Below are positions 14,201-22,110 of a stretch of DNA of 64,000 nt, in pieces. Both the position numbers and the translations under genes were made by a program. Numbering within the stretch: position 1 is the first letter of the stretch; the number at the start of each line of letters is the position of its first letter. Source of the DNA: Oculina patagonica (Eukaryota); assembly GCF_052425735.1 (NCBI RefSeq), contig NC_135758.1:4154001-4218000 (forward strand), read 5' to 3'. A model generated the notes under the pieces. The model ran no database searches. It saw only the letters and a program-made list of their open reading frames with translations, and was not told where the DNA came from.

Positions 14201-14753
14201 AATTCAAGGAATTAGGTTCGGCTCATGAAAAGATCGGCGTCTGAACCGGGCCTAACAGTTGTTTCACCTTGAGGCGTGCCAACGCTTCCTTGGCCTTTAA
14301 CTGCTTAATAGAAACACTAGAAGAGATGCGACTTCGACGAGAGCCAGCCTCGCTTACGGAATCTTCAGGACGGATGTCAGTTTCTTCACGAGTTTCAGAA
14401 CGAATTTTGACATCATCGATCCATCGCTTGATGTTTAGATCGAATTGGTCCTTTCTCTGACAATGTTCCTGGAAATAACGTCCTTCCTTTGCCCACTCTT
14501 CGAGATCTCCGGATAGCGATGCGATGTATGAAAAATGCGATTCCTCGAAGCGGCTAAATGCTTCATTAATTTCTAACAGTTTCTTCGAGACTTCTTCGAC
14601 GTTTCTCGCATCCACAAGGAGGGCCTCAGTTGCCCGATACAACGTTGTAATTCTCGACAAATGTCCCGATCTTGAATTCTTTAATCGAAGACTGTCGAGG
14701 GCTTCTGCGGAATGGATTCTCCTTCGACCAAACTCATCCATAACGCGTTCCAT
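8293..14753 (-). pseudogene. BEL/Pao gag-pol polyprotein, broken by a MITE, two frameshifts and a stop
   Basis: ORF pieces 14223-14753, 13571-13828, 12378-13502, 11805-12317 and 8293-11871. MITE at 13865-14252, frameshifts near 13590 and 11900, in-frame TAA at 12378-12380. Confidence 0.9.
13865..14252. mobile_element. PIF/Harbinger-type MITE inserted in gag
   Basis: TIRs GGCCCGGTTCAGACGCCG / CGGCGTCTGAACCGGGCC with TAA TSD at 13862-13864 and 14253-14255. Removing it restores gag as ...KVKQLLEEQELLRKQEEMKMERQ. Confidence 0.9.
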
Positions 14754-14786
14754 AACGAAGTTCCATACAAATCTTCAAATGAAATA

Positions 14787-15171
14787 TGTAATCAAACCAC
14801 ACGCACAACTTCAAAATACGCACTTTAACCAGCGATTTGCTGAAATAACAAACAACACAGACAAACTAAACTTACAGCGAAAGAAACAAACCGAAAACTA
14901 AAACAGAAAGCGAAAAAATAATGGAAAAACACGAAACTTACAAGATTTGTGCGAACACTTCGGCGACTTTAACATACTGACAACGAAAACTTAAAAAACA
15001 CCGCAGAAAACGCTAAGCGAAACAATAGATATAAAAATGCACACGAAGATATAACAAGTAATGAATCTCAAAATAACCGACAAAGCTAATTACAAGAAAA
15101 ATATGCGCGACAAAAACGGAAACAAAGGACTCGACAAATAAAAACGAATAATAAGGGGCTCCGTGGCTACA
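14787..15171 (-). repeat. 5' LTR of BEL/Pao element
   Basis: Second 385-bp copy, immediately upstream of the minus-strand gag ATG at 14753. Confidence 0.95.
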
Positions 15172-15924
15172 CCCGCATCCCGCCAAACCTAAACCGGTGA
15201 CACCTGCTGCATCATAACATGATAATCTGTTTTCTCGGGATGTTAAGAAAGCGAACTTCGCTAGCTAGCCTTGCATTATATGGCCTCTAAATAGTTGGAT
15301 TTTTCTAATAGCAACCATATTCATAAAACAACAAAGCGCCAACGATTTAATAATCGCCAACTTAAACATATGCTTTTACGTACAAAGTGTTTGCCGGAAT
15401 TCTGTGTTCTCAATATAGTCCGCAAGAATGATGACAGTAATAGTGGTGTGGCCTGCAGAACAGGGAGGAGGGGCATTTATTTTGTGTCACCCTTCTCTCG
15501 CGCTTTGTCGTTTTGTATTGCGCTCCCCCTATCGCCCGTTCTGCAAGCGGTGTGTGTGTGTGTGTGTGTGTATGGGGGGGGGGGGGGGGGGGGAGTCGCC
15601 ATTTTTTGATGACAAAAATAACACTTTTCTGCTTTGTATCATAGAAAAAAAGAATTTGGAATGCTGACTCTTTAATATGTAGTCGGCTTCTTAGACAAAA
15701 TTCGGATAACTTGTTCAGCCGTTTAACAGCAATTTTGTCAAAATCGTTCCAGACTTGCTGGTTGTTAAGTATAAACAAAGATAAATATGATCCTTCAGCT
15801 GCCATTAGGAACTCAGTCTTTAAAGCAAAATAGAAGAGGAAGTCCGGTTCGAATCTTAACTCAGGATAATTAGCAAGTATTGGATGAGGCAGAGTATGAT
15901 ATGAAAGCCGAATTCAATAACTGT

Positions 15925-16590
15925 TTTATTATTCATTCAAAATATTTCCAGAGCTCCAAATGCACAACATGAATTTAATAGGGTTTTGACAGTAGGCAAA
16001 GTACACAAATACACAACAACGTTCTGATTTAAACTTCAAAAACTCGGTTACCTTCATTAAATTTCTTGTCTATTGAAGCAAAATCTGATGACACAAAGCG
16101 ATGTTTTCGAGTACAGGTTTCCATCGTTCTTGCTTACTTCGACGTAGAATTTTCGTAAAACCGCTCCAAGTCCTCCGCTGTGGCTGGATCAGGGATTTTT
16201 TCCTCTTGAAGATACGCTTTCAAAATCGATCGACTCCCCTTCCTTGCTTTTTCCGTGTTTTGACTTTCCTTGCCTTCTAATGACTTAAATATTTTACCTC
16301 TTCGTAATGCTTAAATCTAGCGGCCATTTTCGCGCTTTCAACCTGCTCGGCAGCAAAGCCTTTCAGTTGCGTGACGTCAGCGATCCTTGGGAGCGAGGTT
16401 GCGATCGGTTAATCATCCTTGGGAACGAGGTTGCGATCCATTAATTTTTTATATTGGACGATTGACGTCATTTTTGCAATCGTCCTATAATTGGACCTTC
16501 TTCCAAATTTGGTCGGCGCTAGCCGGTTAGCTGGAATTAACCGGGGATCGAAAGCCAATCAGAAACAGAGAAATATTTTGAATGAATAGC
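15925..16590. mobile_element. Non-autonomous inverted-repeat element
   Basis: TATTCATTCAAAATATTTC (~15930) is inverted at ~16570-16588. The element interrupts an upstream block that is contiguous before copies B and D. Confidence 0.55.
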
Positions 16591-17034
16591 AATGAACAAT
16601 ATTAGTCAAAGAGTGGCGATGAACAAAACACGGATTTCCTGTAGCTTACTATTGAAACTGAACGATACAAGACGATTTCTGCAGATGAGATTTTTGTCCA
16701 TTGTGTAGTCGTCTATTGCTGACGAGTTCCACTGTTTATCATTAATTTAGGAATGTCGTCTTGAAGTGCAACGTATTTAAAGATGTGATGTGTGTGATGC
16801 TGAAAACGTAAACCAAGTGTTAAAATATTGTCGTAATGTTCAATTATGAAATTGTAACTTTTGGATTTTATTTGTCCTATATGCGCTAAAATTTTCAAAT
16901 TCAAGATTCATTTAGTCAATAAACTTAAAGCTTTTTGCTAAACGGTGTTTATTTCCAGCATTTTATTATTCAGTAACAATTGAAAATGATTCTCCTTTGA
17001 TTATTTCTTTACAATGATTACAGAATAGAACATC

Positions 17035-20000
17035 ATGAATGACATAGCAGAAGTTATAGATGCCATTTTTATTGGCTCAGTTGTTGCTACTTTCCTTCTC
17101 AACACTGGTCGTGCTCTCAAAGCTATCGACGTATGTGAAGAATGTATTATTTTCCTAAATATTAAAGCACTGGGGAAAGGAAATCAAATTGGTAAATTAC
17201 TTTACAGCACGATCTACATTACAGTGTTCACGGCATATCGTATAATCCCTGATTATACAAGTGCAATAAAATACGGCAAGAAACTTCTTGACATTTACCG
17301 CGAGGGTGGTGAAACAGCCAACAAATGGAACAGAGCGAAAGAAGCAGCGGCTAACGAAAACCTAGGAACTGTGTTTGAATCTCTTGGGGAATATGACAAA
17401 GCTAAAGAATACTTTGAGAAAGCGCTTGCTATCAAACTTGCAATTGGCGACAGAGCCGGAGGAGCAGTAGATTACGGAATCCTTGGGATTTTGTTTAAAT
17501 CTCTTGGTGACTATTTAAAAGCTAAAGAATATCTTGAGAAAGCACTTGCGATCAGAATTGAAATTGGGGACAGAGCAGGAGAAGGTAATTCTTACGGAAA
17601 CTTAGGAACTCTGTTTTCATCTCTTGGTGAATATGACAAAGCTGAAGGATACCTCGAGAAAGCACTTGCGATCAAAATTGAAATTGGTGACAGAGCAGAT
17701 CAAGCAGAAGTTTACGGAAACCTAGGAACTGTGTTTCAATCTCTTGGTGAATATGACAAAGCTAAAGAATACCTCGAGAAAGCACTTGCAATCAGTATTG
17801 AAATTGGCGATAGAGCAGATGAAGCAGAAGTTTACGGAAACCTAGGAACTGTGTTTAAACTTCTCGGTGAATATGATAAAGCTAAAAAGCATCTCGAGAA
17901 AGAACTTGCAATCAGAATTAAAATTGGCGATAGATTAGGAGAAGCAAGCTCACACGAAAAGCTAGGGACTGTGTTTCGATCTCTTCGTGAATATGACAAA
18001 GCTAAAGAACATTACGAGAAAGCACTTGCTATCAGAATTGAAATTGGCGACAAAGCAGGAGAGGCAAGAGTTTACGGAAACCTAGGAACTGTGTTTCGAT
18101 CGCTTAGTAAACATGACAAAGCTAAAGAAAATCTCGAAAAAGCTCTTGCGATCAGAATTGAAATTGGCGAGAGAGATGGAGAAGGAAGGTCTTACGCAAA
18201 CCTAGGGATTGTGTTCAGATCTCTTGGTAAATATGACAAAGCTAAAGAATGTCTCGAGAAATCGCTGGCAATCTGCATTGAAATTGGTGACAGAGAAGGA
18301 GAAGGAAGGTCTTACGCAATTCTAGGCATTGTGTTCAGATCTCTTGGTAAATATGACAAAGCTAAAGAATGTCTCGAGAAATCGCTGGCAATCTGCATTG
18401 AAATTGGTGACAGAGAAGGAGAAGCAAGGTCTTACGAAAACCTAGGGATTGTGTTCAGTTCTCTTGGTAAATATGAAAAAGCTAAAGAATGTCTCGAGAA
18501 ATCGCTGGCAATCTGCATTGAAATTGGTGACAGATCAGGAGAATCAGCAGGTTACGGAAACCTAGGAAGAGTATATCAGTCTCTTGGTAAATATGACAAA
18601 GCCAAAGAAAACCTCGAGGAAGCACTTGCTATCAATATTGAAATTGGTAACAGAGAAGGAGAAGCAGCAATTTACGGAAACCTTGGAACTGTGTTTCACT
18701 CTCTTGGTGAATATGACAAAGCTAAAGAATATTTTGAGAAAGCACTTGCGATTACAAATGAAATTGGCGACAGAGAAGGAAAAGCAAGATCTTTCGGAAA
18801 CCTAGGGGCTGTGTTTGAATCTCTTGGTGAATACGACAAAGCTAGAGAATATCTCGAGAAAGCACTTGCGATTACAATTGCAATTGGCGACAGAGCAGGA
18901 GAAGCAGCAGTTTACGGAAATCTAGGAACTGTGTTTCGAGTTCTTGGTGAATATGACAAAGCTAAAGAAAATCACGAGAAAGCACTTGCTATCAATATTG
19001 ATATTGGCGACAGAGCAGGAGAAGCATCAGCTTACGGAAACCTAGGAGTTGTGTTTCGATATCTTGGTGAATATGACAAAGCTAGAGAATATCACGAGAA
19101 AGCACTTGCGATCAGAATTGAAATTGGCGAAAGAGCGGAAGAAGCAACAGATTACGGAAACCTAAGTGTTGTGTTTGGATCTCTTGGTGAATATGACAAA
19201 GCAAAAGAATATCTCGAGAAAGCACTTGCTATTAAAATTGAAATTGGCGACAGACAAGGAGAAGCAGCAGGTTACCAAAACCTTGGGTGTTTGTTTGATT
19301 CTCTTGGTGACCATGTCATGGCCGAAGGTTATCTGGAGAAAGGACTTTTAATTAATCAAGATATTGGAGACGCCCACCAGGAGTTTTCATGTTTATGTAA
19401 CCTCACATTTGTGAAGTTATTCCAAAAAAAGATCCAGGAAGCTTTTCACTATCTGTTTCTGAGTGTGCAAAAAAGCGAAGATTTGCATGGTTTTCTGCGA
19501 GACAATGATGAATTTAAGACAGCACTATCAGACGTTCACGAATTTCCACACCAGGTTCTTAGTGCACTATTTTGTTCTCTTGAAAATCCTAACAATGCCC
19601 TTTATGTCCTAGAGCTGGCACGGGCTAGAGCCCTTGCAGACTTGATGACGACTCAGTATTCTGTTGAAAGGCAAATCTCAGCTGATCCGCAATCGTGGGT
19701 GGGTATCGAAAATACTATGAAGAAAGAAAGTAACTCTGCTTGTCTATACATTTCTTATTATGGTGCAGATATGTTTTTGTGGATTCTCAAGATAAGCGGA
19801 GTCATTCTTTTTCGAAGAATAACAGTTAATGAAAACATCGTAGGTGTCAGATTAGTTTCCAGTTTACATGATTTTTTCTCCAAAAGCTTTCGAAGCCTAG
19901 GTATTTTGTCCCAGCAAAATTGTGAAGATCGATCTTTAAATGGCATTGAAACAAAAAAGATTTTTTCTCAGGAAGAGGTACTCCCAGATTTGCGCCTTGT

Positions 20001-20895
20001 AGAAGATGATGACGACGGCAATCAAGATCCTGAACCGAGTCTTTCTTTGTTGTACAAAATGATCATCGCTCCTGTGGCTGACTTGCTTGATAAGCCTGAA
20101 ATCATCATTGTTCCTGATCGCTCTTTGTATCAGGTTCCATTTGCAGCATTAACTGATAAAGGCGGGAATTATTTATCAGAGACTTTCAGGATCCGCATCG
20201 TTCCTTCACTGTCGACCCTCAAGCTCATTCAGGACAGTCCAACAGACTATCACAGTCAGACTGGTGCACTGATAGTGGGTGATCCTGTGGTTGGCCGGGT
20301 GCGTTACAAGGGATGTCGTAAGACGTTTAACCCATTGCCATGTGCAAGAAAGGAAGCAGAGATGATTGGACGACTGCTGGACGTTGAGCCTTTGTTAGGA
20401 GAGCACGCAACGAAACAGGCAGTTTTTGACAAGATAAATTCAGTGGGTTTGATACATTTTGCTGCTCATGGTAATGCCGAAAGAGGAGAAATTGCTCTCT
20501 CGCCCTTATGCACTGCTACTGGAATTCCACACGAAGAAGACTACCTGTTGACAATGTCTGACATTTCACAAGTTCGATTACGAGCTAAGCTGGTAGTACT
20601 TAGCTGTTGTCACAGTGGGTGTGGTCAAATTCGAACCGAGGGAGTTGTTGGAATCGCTCGAGCGTTCTTAGGATCCGGTGCACGTTCAGTACTGGTGGCA
20701 CTGTGGGCTATAGAGGATAGAGCAACAGAGCTGTTTATGAAAAATTTCTACGAACACCTTGTTCGTGGGGAAAGTGCCAGTGAATCTCTTCATGAGACCA
20801 TAAAGTGGATGAAAGGTAACGGCTTTACCAAGGTTTCCGAGTGGGCACCGTTCATGCTGATTGGAGACAACGTGACATTTGACTTTGGAAAATAA
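17035..20895 (+). CDS. TPR-CHAT protein copy A (TTC28-like), 1286 aa, intact; 17 x 40-aa TPR units plus caspase-like CHAT domain
   Basis: Uninterrupted ORF with repeat GEAxxYGNLGxVFxSLGEYDKAKEYxEKALAIxIEIGDR. CHAT motifs IIVPD...VPF, IHFAAHG (His codon 20467), VVLSCC (Cys codon 20608), GARSVLVALW and WAPF. Confidence 0.93.
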   Translation: MNDIAEVIDAIFIGSVVATFLLNTGRALKAIDVCEECIIFLNIKALGKGNQIGKLLYSTIYITVFTAYRIIPDYTSAIKYGKKLLDIYREGGETANKWNRAKEAAANENLGTVFESLGEYDKAKEYFEKALAIKLAIGDRAGGAVDYGILGILFKSLGDYLKAKEYLEKALAIRIEIGDRAGEGNSYGNLGTLFSSLGEYDKAEGYLEKALAIKIEIGDRADQAEVYGNLGTVFQSLGEYDKAKEYLEKALAISIEIGDRADEAEVYGNLGTVFKLLGEYDKAKKHLEKELAIRIKIGDRLGEASSHEKLGTVFRSLREYDKAKEHYEKALAIRIEIGDKAGEARVYGNLGTVFRSLSKHDKAKENLEKALAIRIEIGERDGEGRSYANLGIVFRSLGKYDKAKECLEKSLAICIEIGDREGEGRSYAILGIVFRSLGKYDKAKECLEKSLAICIEIGDREGEARSYENLGIVFSSLGKYEKAKECLEKSLAICIEIGDRSGESAGYGNLGRVYQSLGKYDKAKENLEEALAINIEIGNREGEAAIYGNLGTVFHSLGEYDKAKEYFEKALAITNEIGDREGKARSFGNLGAVFESLGEYDKAREYLEKALAITIAIGDRAGEAAVYGNLGTVFRVLGEYDKAKENHEKALAINIDIGDRAGEASAYGNLGVVFRYLGEYDKAREYHEKALAIRIEIGERAEEATDYGNLSVVFGSLGEYDKAKEYLEKALAIKIEIGDRQGEAAGYQNLGCLFDSLGDHVMAEGYLEKGLLINQDIGDAHQEFSCLCNLTFVKLFQKKIQEAFHYLFLSVQKSEDLHGFLRDNDEFKTALSDVHEFPHQVLSALFCSLENPNNALYVLELARARALADLMTTQYSVERQISADPQSWVGIENTMKKESNSACLYISYYGADMFLWILKISGVILFRRITVNENIVGVRLVSSLHDFFSKSFRSLGILSQQNCEDRSLNGIETKKIFSQEEVLPDLRLVEDDDDGNQDPEPSLSLLYKMIIAPVADLLDKPEIIIVPDRSLYQVPFAALTDKGGNYLSETFRIRIVPSLSTLKLIQDSPTDYHSQTGALIVGDPVVGRVRYKGCRKTFNPLPCARKEAEMIGRLLDVEPLLGEHATKQAVFDKINSVGLIHFAAHGNAERGEIALSPLCTATGIPHEEDYLLTMSDISQVRLRAKLVVLSCCHSGCGQIRTEGVVGIARAFLGSGARSVLVALWAIEDRATELFMKNFYEHLVRGESASESLHETIKWMKGNGFTKVSEWAPFMLIGDNVTFDFGK
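17338..19380 (+). repeat. Coding tandem array of 17 x 120-nt TPR units
   Basis: Exact 120-nt periodicity (units at 17341, 17461 ... 19261). The units at 18181-18540 are nearly identical to each other. Confidence 0.95.
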
Positions 20896-21816
20896 AAGTA
20901 AGTTTAGTTAACAAAGGAAACACCATTATCATAGCGTTCTTAAGATGGAATCTACCAGGACTTCAAGTATTAATTAGAGAAAATTATGTACCAAAATTAT
21001 TAACATCTTATTGCAAACTTCTGTGTTACTGTTTCAAATACTTTATCAAAAGAAAGCACTTCTAACGGCACCAAACATCGAAAAGGACGATATTGCAAAA
21101 TAGGTACACGTGAGATTTTACCTATATAGTTTCATTTCTTTTAAAGTGTTTGTAGACTTTGAAATTCATTTTCCCAGGTTTCTGATAAAGAGTTGTTGTT
21201 GGTGTTATCACGGATAATAACTTACGTCTTAAGTTTTTAAAGACTTTAAAATGAGTAGAAAATAACGCAATAGGATTTTAAATTATTTGGGTACTCGATT
21301 TTTGTTCAAATAAAATGAATGTTACTCAATTTCCTGATGGATTCCGTCTTAATTAGAATTTGCTTTGCAAGTTGTATCAAAATTCAACTTTTATTTCATT
21401 TCGTAAAGCATGGTAAGATTACTATTGTAACTGTTGTCTTCGGTTCGGCGTATCAGTAAATTTGCTTATCTCTGACAATCATCTTCTGATGGGTGAAAAC
21501 TAGTTTCAGTTGTTTTTGTTAAGATATTCATTCTTCTAACTTGCCTCGGTATCTTTTTTTCTAAAATATTACATTATGCTGTTACCATACAAGTAGTTAC
21601 ATTAAAAAAATTCTCTATCGTATACTCGACTGTCGTTGAAGGCTTTCCGACATTTCCTCCGTGGGAGGTCGAGTCATTAGGGAAAATTAGTAGTGGGACT
21701 GGACTCAAGCGAGCCTGGATGGGGAACTTGTGCCTAACCGCTTTTATCCACTGCCCTAAAGAAAATGGACATAATTTAATGACTTGGTTTGTCTTTCTGT
21801 GTTTTTCGTGTTTTAG

Positions 21817-22110
21817 GAAAGAAAGAAAAACCTATTAGCAACTGTGGAGGGCTTCAGGCACACATCAAGGAAGCAATGAGCTGAGAATCTTTTTGCAAAT
21901 GTAAAATATCAAGGACTTTATTGATTTTCCTTCGTGCAGTAGTCTAAGAAAGGCACCGCATGACGAATGTCTGATCTAGTGATGTACCACACAGAATTTA
22001 TTATTTCAATCGAGAAGTTGAAGAGCTCTCTTGTTCGTTTCAAAAATGTAACAATGTAAAAATGCATTTAGTTAGTAATTTAGTTTTCAGTGTACATAGA
22101 CGACATTTAT
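21817..22110 (+). other. Probable non-coding 3' exon of copy A
   Basis: GT donor at 20898, 2 nt after the stop, and polypyrimidine TTTTAG acceptor ending at 21816. The exon-like sequence recurs after copy C (52611-) and weakly after copy B (33715-). Confidence 0.55.

Larger units (their letters stand above)
7709..15171 (-). mobile_element. Full-length BEL/Pao LTR retrotransposon (degenerate gag-pol)
   Basis: 385-bp TG...CA LTRs at 7709-8093 and 14787-15171, with about 6 mismatches counted by eye. 5-bp TSD CCCGC at 7704-7708 and 15172-15176. Minus-strand gag with triple Cys/His knuckles, protease (LLDNGS), RT (YLPHHPV, YVDD), Pao RNase H (FADAS) and integrase (GVDYFGP, SDNG, GGVWE), in BEL domain order. 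Confidence 0.97.

Noticed and set aside
15550-15594. (GT)n plus poly-G tract, and other poly-G/C runs
   Set aside because: Simple microsatellite or homopolymer with no further structure.
17338-19380. Regular repeat with variable segments resembling a CRISPR array or DGR target
   Set aside because: Units are in-frame 120-nt coding TPRs with no unique spacers. There are no cas genes, no template repeat or DGR-type RT, and variation is not adenine-restricted. The nearby RTs belong to ordinary LINE/LTR elements.
17035-20895. Gene symbol TTC28, or a bacterial Csx29/contaminant origin
   Set aside because: Only the architecture is shared and orthology cannot be shown. The context (introns, SINEs, LINEs) is clearly eukaryotic.
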